A stretch of 64,000 nucleotides of DNA, from NCBI GenBank assembly GCA_030829955.1, contig JAURNY010000019.1, positions 699 through 64,698 on the forward strand, written 5' to 3'. A program made the position numbers and the translations under genes. This stretch comes from Gammaproteobacteria bacterium (lineage in GTDB: Bacteria > Pseudomonadota > Gammaproteobacteria > Eutrophobiales > Eutrophobiaceae). Positions 39,862 through 49,879 of this stretch are shown here, one piece after another. Position 1 is the stretch's first letter. Each line of letters begins with the position of its first letter. The notes beneath the pieces are model-generated. The model had not been told where the DNA came from, made no database searches, and was given only the letters and a program-made list of their open reading frames with translations.

Positions 39862-42393
39862 TTAAAAAGGTAATTGTGCATCTGCCTTAATAGACAATAT
39901 TGCCTGTTTAAACACATTTTGAACATTCTCCAAACCAACAGCGTCTTCACCTTCAAAACGCATGACAATATTTGGTGATGTGTTGGACGCTCTGGCGAGA
40001 CCCCAACCATGCTCAAACTCGAGACGCACACCATCAATATCACTGACTTCTCCACCTGCCGTATCCTGCAAGTTTTCAATCAATGCGGTCATAAATGCGC
40101 CATGTTCTTTTTCAGGCGTCGGCAAACGTAACTCCGGAGTTGAAACACCACCTGGTAATTCAGCAAACATTTCTGTTGGCTTGCGTTTGGCATTCGTAAA
40201 GATTTCAACAAACCTTGCTGCAGTATAAAGCGCATCATCAAAACCATACCAACGTTCCTTAAAAAAGATATGACCGCTCATTTCTCCGGCAAGTGGCGCT
40301 TCAGTTTCTTTCATCTTGCCTTTAATTAATGAATGACCGGTTTTCCACATCAACGATTTGCCGCCACTTTCTTCAATAACCGATTTCAGATAACGACTAC
40401 ACTTCACATCATAAATAATTGGTGCTCCCGCATTTCGACTTAATACATCCTTCGCCAACAACATCAGTTGTCTGTCCGGCCAGATAATATTGCCTTCGGC
40501 ATCAACAACACCAAGACGATCACCATCACCATCAAATGCAAAACCAATATCGGCACTTTCGGCTTTAACTCGCTGGATTAATTCCTGCATGTTTTCAGGC
40601 TGACTCGGATCCGGATGATGATTTGGAAACGTACCATCAATCTCGCAATACATTTCAATCACATCTTGACCAATAGCATTTAATAATTGTGGCGCCAATA
40701 CACCAGCAGCACCATTACCACAATCAACGACAATTTTTAATGCCCCGCCCAGGGCCACGGGAATATCTGCACTAATACGCCGAATGTAATCGGCATTCAC
40801 TTCATGAGTCGTGACCTGACCTTTACCTTTGACAAACTCACCATTTTTTATACATTGCTTTATTTCCTGTATGTCATCGCCACTTAAAGTGTTTCCACCC
40901 AGCATCATTTTCAAACCGTTATATTCCGGTGGATTATGACTTCCGGTCACCATCACACCGCTACCTGTTTCAAGCAGATAGGTTGAAAAATACAGCACGG
41001 GTGTTGGCACCATACCGATATCGACAATATTAATACCCGTACTTACTAGACCATCGATCAAAGCTTTCACCAACTTTGGTCCGGAAGTCCGCCCATCACG
41101 ACCGACAGTTAATACGGTCTGACCTTTTTCAACCGCCATGGTGCCAAGCGCTTTACCTATTAAAGTAACAACTTCCTCGTTTAATGAGTTATCTACTACG
41201 CCACGAATGTCATACGTGCGAAAAATAACCGGATCAATGCTTGCTGGTGCTTTTTGAGCTCCAGGTGATAACTCTGTCTGAGGAACATTTTCAACTTCAG
41301 GTTTACTATCAGACTCGGCAGCTGTTTCTGTTTGCCTAGCAGGCTCCGTTGATATTCTGGTTATATCATCACCCGTCACACCTTGAGAAATCGATGTGGC
41401 GTCACTCCTATCCTGGGTTTCCTTACCATCACCTTTAGGTAAATTAGGGTTTTCTAGGCCGCTATGCACACCTTCAATCGCTCTTATCGCGCCTTCATGC
41501 GCAAGAAAAGATTTGCTCCCCTGACTTACGGTGGTCTGCTCTCCAGAAGATCGTTTTTTGATAAAAATAAAACCGACTAATAATAAAAAAATGATAATGG
41601 CCAAAACTGATAACAATGGTATTGAACCGGTTTCATCAATTTTTGTAACGGGTGAATTACCTGGCCACAGTTTCAACACCCAGCTTGTGTTTTTAATACT
41701 TGAAATAGTTGCATCGTTACCTTTTTTAAAGGCTGCTCTACCAGCTTTAGCAAGGATGATTGTTTTTCCAGCTGTTGATTGTGTTATTTCTACATAACCT
41801 ATGTCAGGATTAACTTCCGAAACAATGTCCTTAAATAAATCAGTAGATAAACTTGCATGTATAAAACCAATTAATTCCATGGCCGGATTTATTACACGTT
41901 TTATAATTAATATATGTTCCTGTTCTGTTCCTTTTAATATAACTTCTGCATTTATTTGTGCAGATGACTTAGCTTTTCTTAGTAAATCCAATGAAGCATA
42001 ACCCATAGGCGGATTGCTTTCGGTATCAAGTTTGTATTTCCCGAGCAAAAGAAAACGTAATTTTAATATGTGCGGAATTGTTTGCGCTTTAGCCATTGCT
42101 TCCTGTTTTAATGCATCTTCATCTGCCTGCAGATACAGATCGATAAGAGTTTTATCTTTAGTAAGTGCATTAATTGGCGCAACAAGCCCCAAGTATTTAT
42201 TATCAATCTTATTAGCAATACTTCTTGCCAGTTCTTCTGTTGCTTCCTGTTCTGCGCTAGCGCTCATATTCGAATACATATACCACGCACCAACTACTAT
42301 TATTGCTATCAATACAAATGCAACAGCATCAATCATAATATTTCTGATTTTTCTATGTTTAAATCGATATTTGGCTACCCGACCTATAGCCAT
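39862..42393 (-). CDS. algC: Phosphomannomutase/phosphoglucomutase AlgC with a roughly 390-aa N-terminal extension (TM1, periplasmic-like domain, TM2, Ser/Thr/Glu-rich linker)
   Basis: The C-terminal 455 aa are full-length and similar to P. aeruginosa AlgC (IFRTYDIRGVV, TGSHNPPEYNG active-site Ser loop, GEMSGH). The reading frame stays open 1.15 kb upstream to an ATG at 42393 that is preceded by AAGGAG, 2 nt after the dut stop. Confidence 0.8.
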   Translation of the reverse strand: MAIGRVAKYRFKHRKIRNIMIDAVAFVLIAIIVVGAWYMYSNMSASAEQEATEELARSIANKIDNKYLGLVAPINALTKDKTLIDLYLQADEDALKQEAMAKAQTIPHILKLRFLLLGKYKLDTESNPPMGYASLDLLRKAKSSAQINAEVILKGTEQEHILIIKRVINPAMELIGFIHASLSTDLFKDIVSEVNPDIGYVEITQSTAGKTIILAKAGRAAFKKGNDATISSIKNTSWVLKLWPGNSPVTKIDETGSIPLLSVLAIIIFLLLVGFIFIKKRSSGEQTTVSQGSKSFLAHEGAIRAIEGVHSGLENPNLPKGDGKETQDRSDATSISQGVTGDDITRISTEPARQTETAAESDSKPEVENVPQTELSPGAQKAPASIDPVIFRTYDIRGVVDNSLNEEVVTLIGKALGTMAVEKGQTVLTVGRDGRTSGPKLVKALIDGLVSTGINIVDIGMVPTPVLYFSTYLLETGSGVMVTGSHNPPEYNGLKMMLGGNTLSGDDIQEIKQCIKNGEFVKGKGQVTTHEVNADYIRRISADIPVALGGALKIVVDCGNGAAGVLAPQLLNAIGQDVIEMYCEIDGTFPNHHPDPSQPENMQELIQRVKAESADIGFAFDGDGDRLGVVDAEGNIIWPDRQLMLLAKDVLSRNAGAPIIYDVKCSRYLKSVIEESGGKSLMWKTGHSLIKGKMKETEAPLAGEMSGHIFFKERWYGFDDALYTAARFVEIFTNAKRKPTEMFAELPGGVSTPELRLPTPEKEHGAFMTALIENLQDTAGGEVSDIDGVRLEFEHGWGLARASNTSPNIVMRFEGEDAVGLENVQNVFKQAILSIKADAQLPF

Positions 42394-42395
42394 CA

Positions 42396-42866
42396 CTACT
42401 CTCCTTTTTTAACTGAGACACCAGTATGACCAAAGCCACCGGCACCACGTTCTGTTTCATCAAATGTCGAGACAAATTCAAATCCTGCTTGAATTACGGG
42501 CATAATTACCATCTGTGCAATGCGATCACCGGGCTCTATGGTGAATTCATTTTGTCCCCTGTTCCAACATGAAACAAATATCTCACCCTGATAATCTGAA
42601 TCGATCAAACCTGTTAGATTACCAAGAACAATACCATGTTTGTGACCCAAGCCTGATCGAGGTAACAATACAGCGGCAAAATAGGGATCACCAATATGAA
42701 TAGCAAAACCCGCAGGGATTAATTCTGTCTGTCCTGGTTTTAGTAATAGTGTTTCTTTTAAACAGGCACAAATATCTAGACCTGCAGAGCCGTTGGTTGC
42801 GTATTGTGGCAAAGGAAAATCTTTGCCTAATCGTTCATCAATGAGCTTGATTTGAATTTTTTTCAT
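42396..42866 (-). CDS. dut: dUTP diphosphatase
   Basis: [36 protein letters not shown] matches the E. coli Dut N-terminus. The ORF-track start 5 codons upstream is unlikely. Overlaps the coaBC 3' end. Confidence 0.9.
   Translation of the reverse strand: MKKIQIKLIDERLGKDFPLPQYATNGSAGLDICACLKETLLLKPGQTELIPAGFAIHIGDPYFAAVLLPRSGLGHKHGIVLGNLTGLIDSDYQGEIFVSCWNRGQNEFTIEPGDRIAQMVIMPVIQAGFEFVSTFDETERGAGGFGHTGVSVKKGE
42401..42410 (-). promoter_or_regulatory. Shine-Dalgarno (AAGGAG) for the long algC ORF, embedded in the 3' end of dut
   Basis: The reverse complement of 42391–42410 reads AAAAAAGGAGAGTAGTGATG, giving a canonical SD 8 nt upstream of the ATG with the dut TAG stop in between. Confidence 0.6.
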
Positions 42867-44052
42867 AATAACGTTCAGCAATTACAGCAATTAATGCGCG
42901 CGCCAATTTATCCTTAGATGCGAGTTCCAGTTGTTGTATGCCAGAAGGCCAAAGAACGGTAAGCGTATTTTCTTCTTTATCGAAACCTAACTCTTCACCG
43001 ACCTGATTGGCAGCAATCATATCGAGTTTTTTTCGTTGCAGTTTATTAATGGCATTTTCTTCTAGGTTTTCCGTTTCAGCAGCAAAACCAACAGTAAATG
43101 GTGCGCATTCTAACGCGGCAACTTCGGCAAGAATGTCAGGGTTCTTTTTTAGTATTAATTGTAAATCTTCACCTGACTTTTTTATTTTCTGATCAGCCAC
43201 TTTTACCAGACAATAATCCGCCACAGCGGCGGCAGAAATAAAGATGTCATTAATACCAATTTCCTGCATTACAGCATGATGCATATCATTCGCCGATTGC
43301 ACCTCGATCAATTTCACTCTTTCCGGCTTTTCTATCGATACCGGACCACAAATCACAGTAACATCAGCGCCAGCCTCAACTGCAGCGTTTGCAAGTGCAA
43401 AGCCCATCCGGCCTGAGCTGCGATTGGTAATATATCTAACCGGATCGATAGCTTCACGCGTTGGTCCAGCCGTTATTAATAATCTCGACCCCGTGAGCAA
43501 CCCGTTAGAGAATGACTCTGCTACTGCCTTAGCGATTAATTCTGGCTCCAGCATTCTACCCGGGCCAATCTCTCCGCATGCCTGATTGCCAGAATCTGGG
43601 CCCATAATCTGAATCTTTCTAGCTGCCAATTTAAGTATATTATCTTGCGTTGCCTGATTTAACCACATTTGCTGATTCATGGCAGGAGCCAGCATGATCG
43701 GTGCATTTGTCGCCAAACATAGGGTACTTAGCAGATCTTCAGCAAATCCATTAGTCAATCTGGCAATAAAGTTAGCGCTAGCTGGCGCAACAATAACCAC
43801 ATCAGCCCAACGAGCAAGATCAATGTGCCCCATCGCGGACTCTGTCTCAGCATCCAGCAATTCGATATGGACAGGCCTGCCAGACAAGGCCTGCATAGTT
43901 AGCGGTGTAATAAATTCACAGGCATTAAGCGTCATGACCACACGCACATCCGCGCCATCCCGGGTTAGTGCACGCAATAATATTGCCGACTTATAGGCCG
44001 CGACACCTCCGGTAACACCTAATAGTATTCGTTTGTTCTTTAATTGGTACAT
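42838..44052 (-). CDS. coaBC: Bifunctional phosphopantothenoylcysteine decarboxylase / phosphopantothenate-cysteine ligase
   Basis: 404 aa. N-terminal flavoprotein domain ([13 protein letters not shown]) and C-terminal DFP/CoaB domain. Confidence 0.9.
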   Translation of the reverse strand: MYQLKNKRILLGVTGGVAAYKSAILLRALTRDGADVRVVMTLNACEFITPLTMQALSGRPVHIELLDAETESAMGHIDLARWADVVIVAPASANFIARLTNGFAEDLLSTLCLATNAPIMLAPAMNQQMWLNQATQDNILKLAARKIQIMGPDSGNQACGEIGPGRMLEPELIAKAVAESFSNGLLTGSRLLITAGPTREAIDPVRYITNRSSGRMGFALANAAVEAGADVTVICGPVSIEKPERVKLIEVQSANDMHHAVMQEIGINDIFISAAAVADYCLVKVADQKIKKSGEDLQLILKKNPDILAEVAALECAPFTVGFAAETENLEENAINKLQRKKLDMIAANQVGEELGFDKEENTLTVLWPSGIQQLELASKDKLARALIAVIAERYYEKNSNQAH

Positions 44053-44274
44053 AGAGCGATAATTTTACATTATTATTAACGGGTGTCGCGTCTAGTTTAA
44101 GCAGGTGCTTACATACAAGGAAAGTATGTTGAATAATCGGCAATGATGAGGAGGTTTCGTTGGCTGAAAGGGATCTGATTTAGGTAAAATTAGTAAAATA
44201 TACGCAATAGTTGGATCATTAAAATAATCCATGTACAATCCGCGCTCTTTTTTACCAAGTTTACGAGATTTGTC

Positions 44275-44511
44275 ATGTCACGAGTATGTCAAGTAACCGG
44301 GAAACGCCCGATGGTTGGGAACAATGTATCCCACGCAAATAACAAGACTAAACGTCGTTTTTTGCCTAATCTGCAATCACGACGCTTTTGGATTGAAAGT
44401 GAAAGTCGCTGGGTCAGATTACGCGTCAGCAAAAAAGGCCTACGTATTATTGATAAAAACGGTATTGAAAATGTTCTTGCGAACATTCGCGGCCGTGGCG
44501 AATCTATCTGA
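44275..44511 (+). CDS. rpmB: 50S ribosomal protein L28
   Basis: 78 aa. [34 protein letters not shown] is the canonical L28 sequence. Confidence 0.95.
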   Translation: MSRVCQVTGKRPMVGNNVSHANNKTKRRFLPNLQSRRFWIESESRWVRLRVSKKGLRIIDKNGIENVLANIRGRGESI

Positions 44512-44522
44512 GGTGGTTAATC

Positions 44523-44678
44523 ATGCGCGATAAAATCAAATTGGTCTCAACCGCTGATACAGGTCACTTTTACACCACGACCAAAAATAAACGAACCATG
44601 CCAGATAAAATGGAAATGAAAAAATACGATCCTGTTGTTCGTAAGCATGTAATGTACAAAGAAACGAAAATTAAATAA
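44523..44678 (+). CDS. rpmG: 50S ribosomal protein L33
   Basis: Not in the ORF track (51 aa). My hand translation gives [51 protein letters not shown], a typical L33, 11 nt after rpmB. Confidence 0.85.
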   Translation: MRDKIKLVSTADTGHFYTTTKNKRTMPDKMEMKKYDPVVRKHVMYKETKIK

Positions 44679-44698
44679 TTCTGTTTCTGTTTAAACAT

Positions 44699-44728
44699 AA
44701 AACCCCGCTACGTGCGGGGTTTTTTATT
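44699..44728 (+). terminator. Rho-independent terminator after rpmB-rpmG
   Basis: AAAACCCCGC-TACGT-GCGGGGTTTTTTATTT: a perfect 6-bp GC stem plus a T-run. Confidence 0.85.
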
Positions 44729-44807
44729 TATAAGGACATAATGTGTGCATATTATGCATAAGCAATAACCTGAGAATTCTCAGAACGGAGCGATGATTGT
44801 CCTCAAT

Positions 44808-46754
44808 TTAACTTTTAAGCTTTGTTCGTTTTAAAACTATATGATTATTTTCGATTATTTCAGCATGCCAGCTTGGTGCCAGCCAGATTGTTGCACCTGC
44901 ATCGCAAATACACATTGGCCCTAAATACTTCTTACCAGTCACCATTGCAGTACGAGTAATCACTTTTTCTGTTTCATCTGCATGAATTGACGTTACCTGT
45001 TCCAGCCTGGCAATGCTTGTTTTTTGTTTGAGTCTAACGCCAACTCGTATATTGACCAATTCAACAGCCTTTTGTAAATGATTGCCGTAACGTGACTTAT
45101 AGGCTTTTTCAAACTCTACAGCAGTCTGTTCAATGTTTTTCCATGCCACACTCAAAGTATGCCCCTGACCCTCATAACAACATTCCAGAAGCACCTCTTT
45201 AATCATAAACTGCTGATCATGTCCCTCAGCTAATAATTGCTGCACGCCCGTTTCGATTAATTTGTTGGCAAATTCAATCACATATTGATCTGTTAAGTCT
45301 TCAAGTATCTTTCCAACAGTAAGTGTTAACTGTCGACCAGGCTCAGCAACCAACATACCCAACGCCGACAAAACGCCGGCTGCTGCCGGCACAATTGCGG
45401 TACTAATATCGAGTTTTTCTGCCAGTTCACAGACATGTAGCCCGCCAGCACCACCAAAAGCCGCCAACACAAACTCACGTGGATCTATACCACGTTCAAG
45501 ACTAATTACTCTTAACGCCTGCGCCATGTGTTCATTGGCAATATTAATAATGCCTTCGGCAGCTTGCTTATTACTTTCCAGGCAGGATTGTTGAGCAATC
45601 TTATCAATAGCTGTATTAGCTGCATTAATATCGACAGACATTGCACCACCAAAGCGAGTAGATTCAGGTATACGCTTCAATACCAGATTGGCATCTGTCA
45701 CAGTGGCGCATTCGCCACCCTGACCATAACAGGCTGGCCCTGGTACAGCACCGGCAGATTTTGGCCCAACCTGCAAAGCACCACCTTCATCAACAAAAGC
45801 AATAGAACCGCCACCGGCACCAATAGTATGAATATTCACCATCGGCACACCAACCGGATAACTACTGATCTGCCCATTTCCGGTTAATTCAATTTCATCG
45901 TCATACATGGCGACATCAGTTGAGGTGCCGCCCATATCGAATGTGAGTAATTTGTTATAACCCGTTTCCTCTGCTAAATATTTAGACGCCGCCATACCTC
46001 CTGCTGGACCAGATAATAATAAATGTACCGCTTCTTTTGCTGCCTGAGCTGCATCACAGGTCTGACCGGAACTACGCATGATAGACAATCGACTGATTTC
46101 CAGCGTATGTTGCAAACGCTGCAAATATCCCTGCATCAAAGGGCCAACATAAGCATTGAGCCATGTTGTCATGCCGCGCTCATATTCTTTATAGACGGGT
46201 AAAATCTGTGATGAACGTGAGACAAAATAGTCATCTGTAAATAATGACTCAATCTGCTCTTCAAACTGTGAATCCAGATAGGAAAACAATAGATTTATCG
46301 CAATAGCTTTAGGTTTAAGCTGATCTGTTTCTTGTTTGAGTGTTTCAATATCAGATTTGGTTAGTGGCTCTAGTACATCACCTTGTGCACTTAATCTGCC
46401 ACCAGTTTCCAGACAATATTCAGCTGCAACTGGCGGTGATACTGGTTTAGGTGATAAATCATATAGCTTCTTGCGCGCTTGCCGACCAAGCGATAATACA
46501 TCCTTGAAACCACGATTCGTAATATAGACTGTCTGCACACCTTTGCCTTCCAGCACAGCATTGGTCGCGACGGTAGAACCATGGATCACATGCAGATCGT
46601 TACTCAATGTAATCTGCATTTCATTTATACCGCGCATAATCGCTTCTTCGGGCGAATGTGGCGTGGATAAAACTTTGTGTGTTTTTACGGTCTTACCATC
46701 TGTATAAACCAGATCGGTAAATGTGCCGCCGGTATCAATACCCAGTAACTTCAT
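44808..46754 (-). CDS. Hydantoinase/oxoprolinase family protein (HyuA-type A subunit only; ASKHA fold)
   Basis: 648 aa. N-terminal MKLLGIDTGGTFTDLV (Hydantoinase_A N-terminal / actin-like ATPase) and central hydantoinase A domain. No HyuB-type partner adjacent. Confidence 0.75.
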   Translation of the reverse strand: MKLLGIDTGGTFTDLVYTDGKTVKTHKVLSTPHSPEEAIMRGINEMQITLSNDLHVIHGSTVATNAVLEGKGVQTVYITNRGFKDVLSLGRQARKKLYDLSPKPVSPPVAAEYCLETGGRLSAQGDVLEPLTKSDIETLKQETDQLKPKAIAINLLFSYLDSQFEEQIESLFTDDYFVSRSSQILPVYKEYERGMTTWLNAYVGPLMQGYLQRLQHTLEISRLSIMRSSGQTCDAAQAAKEAVHLLLSGPAGGMAASKYLAEETGYNKLLTFDMGGTSTDVAMYDDEIELTGNGQISSYPVGVPMVNIHTIGAGGGSIAFVDEGGALQVGPKSAGAVPGPACYGQGGECATVTDANLVLKRIPESTRFGGAMSVDINAANTAIDKIAQQSCLESNKQAAEGIINIANEHMAQALRVISLERGIDPREFVLAAFGGAGGLHVCELAEKLDISTAIVPAAAGVLSALGMLVAEPGRQLTLTVGKILEDLTDQYVIEFANKLIETGVQQLLAEGHDQQFMIKEVLLECCYEGQGHTLSVAWKNIEQTAVEFEKAYKSRYGNHLQKAVELVNIRVGVRLKQKTSIARLEQVTSIHADETEKVITRTAMVTGKKYLGPMCICDAGATIWLAPSWHAEIIENNHIVLKRTKLKS

Positions 46755-46803
46755 TTAATATCAGACTTGCAAGTTTAAACGTTATAAGAATAATAGCTGC
46801 GCA

Positions 46804-47763
46804 ATGGAGAAGGAAACACTTATATCAGTAAATCAGCTATCTCGCTTCTATGGACAACAACGTGCCATAGAAAATGTGAGTTTTGATGTATATCGCGGCG
46901 AGATTCTTGGCTTTCTGGGACCAAACGGTGCTGGAAAATCCACTACCATGCAAATTATCAGTGGCATTCTTGCCGCTAATCACGGTTCCGTAAAAATTGC
47001 AGGTCATGATATTTATGACGAACCAAAAGCAGCCAAACAACATATTGGCTTTCTATCCGAACAACCGCCGCTTTATACCGACCTTACCGTTGATGAATAT
47101 TTAATCTACAGCGGCAAACTACGTGGTATTACCAAGGCTGAATTAAATGATGCAGTCAAAATTAGCAAGCAACGTTGTGGTCTGGAAAAAAGTGGCTCTC
47201 GTTTAATTAATAATTTATCTAAAGGTTATAAACAGCGATTAGGTATTGCTCAAGCAATTATTCATTCGCCATCCGTGATTATTCTTGATGAGCCGACATC
47301 TGGCCTAGATCCTATTCAGATCCATGAGATTCGCGACTTGATGAAAGAATTGGCAGAAGTCCATAGCGTTATTCTTTCAACACATATTCTCTCGGAAGTA
47401 CAAAGCCTTTGTGATCGTGTCTTAATCATTAATCACGGCAATATTGTACTCGATCAACTCTTACAGCAATTACAGGGCAATCAAAAAATAGAAAGTATTG
47501 TTATCGGTTTAAAATATCCTCCCAAGCTTGATGATCTATTAACTATTGATGGGGTTATCGGCGCAGAAAGTGTTGGCGAAACATTACTTAAATTATGTTT
47601 CGCTGAAGGCGTTGATGCAACAGATGCGATTGTAAATAAAGCTGCTCAGGAATCATGGGGACTCTATAGCTTGAGTCAGGATGATTCATCACTTGAATCT
47701 GTATTTATGAAATTAACGTACGGCGAAGAACTCACTCAAACAGAAGAGGGATCGATGGAATGA
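46804..47763 (+). CDS. ABC transporter ATP-binding protein (ABC-2 / GldA-like)
   Basis: 319 aa. Walker A GPNGAGKST, signature LSKGYKQRLGIAQAI and Walker B IILDEPTSGLD. Confidence 0.88.
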   Translation: MEKETLISVNQLSRFYGQQRAIENVSFDVYRGEILGFLGPNGAGKSTTMQIISGILAANHGSVKIAGHDIYDEPKAAKQHIGFLSEQPPLYTDLTVDEYLIYSGKLRGITKAELNDAVKISKQRCGLEKSGSRLINNLSKGYKQRLGIAQAIIHSPSVIILDEPTSGLDPIQIHEIRDLMKELAEVHSVILSTHILSEVQSLCDRVLIINHGNIVLDQLLQQLQGNQKIESIVIGLKYPPKLDDLLTIDGVIGAESVGETLLKLCFAEGVDATDAIVNKAAQESWGLYSLSQDDSSLESVFMKLTYGEELTQTEEGSME

Positions 47764-48503
47764 AGCCGGTTTTATTAATAGCAGGAAATGAATTACGTCA
47801 AATGTTTAAATCACCGTTGGCATGGGTGATTTTAGCGGTTGTACAATTTTTATTAGCGATGTTTTTTTACTTATTACTTTCGCAATACATGCACCCAGCC
47901 GCAGGCAGTCTGGGCTTAACCGATAGCGTTGTAAACGGCATGTATCAAATTGCCGGAATAGTAATGTTATTAGTGTCACCCTTAATGACCATGCGTTTGC
48001 TCACCGAAGAACGCCGACAAGGCACAATTAAATTATTATTTTCATCGCCTATAACCATGACTGAAATCATATTAGGCAAGTATCTCGGTATATTAAGTTT
48101 TTACGCATTAATGTTAGTAATGATTACTTTAATGCCTGCATCTTTATTATTTGGTACTACATTAGATATTGGTCAAATAGCCGCTGCATTAATTGGACTA
48201 TTTTTATTAATGGCAGCCTTTGCTGCAATCGGACTATTTATTTCAACTGTTACAAACCAGCCGGCAACAGCAGCGATTGCCACTTTCGGAGTTTTGTTTG
48301 TCTTATGGATTATTAATGCGGCAGGCACTAATGCCGCTGAAGGTATGGCAGCTGTATTTGCATATCTCTCGTTACTTACGCATTACAATAATTTGCTTGG
48401 TGGTGCATTTAATTCAACTGATGTTATTTTTTATTGTTTGGTAAGCGTATTCTTCATTGTTCTAAGCATCTGGAAACTTGATGCTGAAAGGACACATGGA
48501 TAA
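47760..48503 (+). CDS. ABC-2 family permease (GldF-like)
   Basis: 247 aa with six predicted TM helices; overlaps the ATPase gene by 4 nt. Confidence 0.75.
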   Translation: MKPVLLIAGNELRQMFKSPLAWVILAVVQFLLAMFFYLLLSQYMHPAAGSLGLTDSVVNGMYQIAGIVMLLVSPLMTMRLLTEERRQGTIKLLFSSPITMTEIILGKYLGILSFYALMLVMITLMPASLLFGTTLDIGQIAAALIGLFLLMAAFAAIGLFISTVTNQPATAAIATFGVLFVLWIINAAGTNAAEGMAAVFAYLSLLTHYNNLLGGAFNSTDVIFYCLVSVFFIVLSIWKLDAERTHG

Positions 48504-48508
48504 TTACC

Positions 48509-49879
48509 ATGATTAACGCCAAATCACGTTTACAGTCACGCATTAATAGTATCGTTATGTTTTTATTATTAACGATACTGGTGGGCGTGCTGGCATGGCT
48601 AAGTAATAAACATGTTATTGAATATGACTGGACAGCAACAGGCAGACATACCTTGTCCGAAGCAAGCCGTGATCTACTAAAACAAATGCCCGACCCGATT
48701 GAGGTTACTTCTTACGCTAGAGAGATACCTCCATTAAGAGAAAGCATCAAAAAGTTTGTTGGTCGTTATCAACGACATAAGGAAGATATTGTTTTACGAT
48801 TCGTCAATCCCGATGCGGTACCCGATAAAGTTCGTGAGCTTGGTATTCAGGTTGATGGCGAAATTGTTATTCATTATCAGGATCGCACTGAACATGTGCG
48901 CTCAGATAATGAACAGATGTTTACCAATGCCTTGCAACGTCTGGCAAGAAAGCAGGAAAACTGGATGGCATTTGTTGAAGGTCATGGTGAGCGTAGACCG
49001 CTAGGTAAAGCTAACTTTGATCTGGGTGAGTGGGTAGGTTTATTAAGTAATCAGGGTTTTCGTACACAGCCTATTAATCTGACAGAAATACAGGCTATTC
49101 CTGATAACACAAAAATTTTAGTGATAGCCGGTCCACGAGTTGATTACTTACCCGGCGAAGTCGACATGATTATTAATTATGTCGAACAGGGCGGTAATCT
49201 GCTCTGGTTACAGGACCCTGATGGTTTACATGGTCTGGAACCATTGATGAACACTTTGGATATTAAACTCATGCCTGGTGCGATCATTGATTATGCCGGT
49301 CAATTAATCGGCATTAATGATCCAACAATCGCGCTGGTGACTAAAAACCTTTATCCGCCACACGCAATCACTAATCAGTTTGAGTTCACCACTTTATATC
49401 CCCATGCGACGGCTATCGAATCACTCGAGTCTGATAAATGGATCATTAAACCAATTATTACTACAGGTGATCACACCTGGGTGGAAACACAAAAACTGGA
49501 AGGCTCGGTTGATTACAATGAAGATGAAGACACGCTTGGACCACTTGATATTGGTGTAGCTCTGGAAAGAGAGGTTGAACATTCTGACGGGGAAGAACTC
49601 GTAACAAAACAACAACGCATTGTTGTAATTGCCGACGGCGACTTTCTTTCCAATACCTATTTGGGCAATAGTGGTAATGGTGAATTTGGAACACGTATCG
49701 TAAATTGGCTCAGCAGTGATGATGAATTTATTTCTATACCACCCAAAGTTGCCAGTGATATACAACTCAATATGTCGAATACGACACTGGGATTGATCGG
49801 TATATTCTTCATGTTTGTATTACCTGTTGGCCTGGTAGTCTGCGGTATCACTATTGGCTTACGCCGAAAGAAACAATGA
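48509..49879 (+). CDS. GldG-like ABC-transport auxiliary protein (Gldg family)
   Basis: 456 aa. N-terminal and C-terminal TM anchors flanking a large extracytoplasmic domain, in the conserved ABC-GldF-GldG-DUF4340 arrangement. Confidence 0.65.
   Translation: MINAKSRLQSRINSIVMFLLLTILVGVLAWLSNKHVIEYDWTATGRHTLSEASRDLLKQMPDPIEVTSYAREIPPLRESIKKFVGRYQRHKEDIVLRFVNPDAVPDKVRELGIQVDGEIVIHYQDRTEHVRSDNEQMFTNALQRLARKQENWMAFVEGHGERRPLGKANFDLGEWVGLLSNQGFRTQPINLTEIQAIPDNTKILVIAGPRVDYLPGEVDMIINYVEQGGNLLWLQDPDGLHGLEPLMNTLDIKLMPGAIIDYAGQLIGINDPTIALVTKNLYPPHAITNQFEFTTLYPHATAIESLESDKWIIKPIITTGDHTWVETQKLEGSVDYNEDEDTLGPLDIGVALEREVEHSDGEELVTKQQRIVVIADGDFLSNTYLGNSGNGEFGTRIVNWLSSDDEFISIPPKVASDIQLNMSNTTLGLIGIFFMFVLPVGLVVCGITIGLRRKKQ

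Noticed and set aside
44744-44780. Palindromes TGCATATTATGCA and GAGAATTCTC downstream of the rpmG terminator
   Set aside because: Short AT-rich palindromes in a convergent 3' region. There is no obvious regulatory target, and a conventional terminator lies just upstream.
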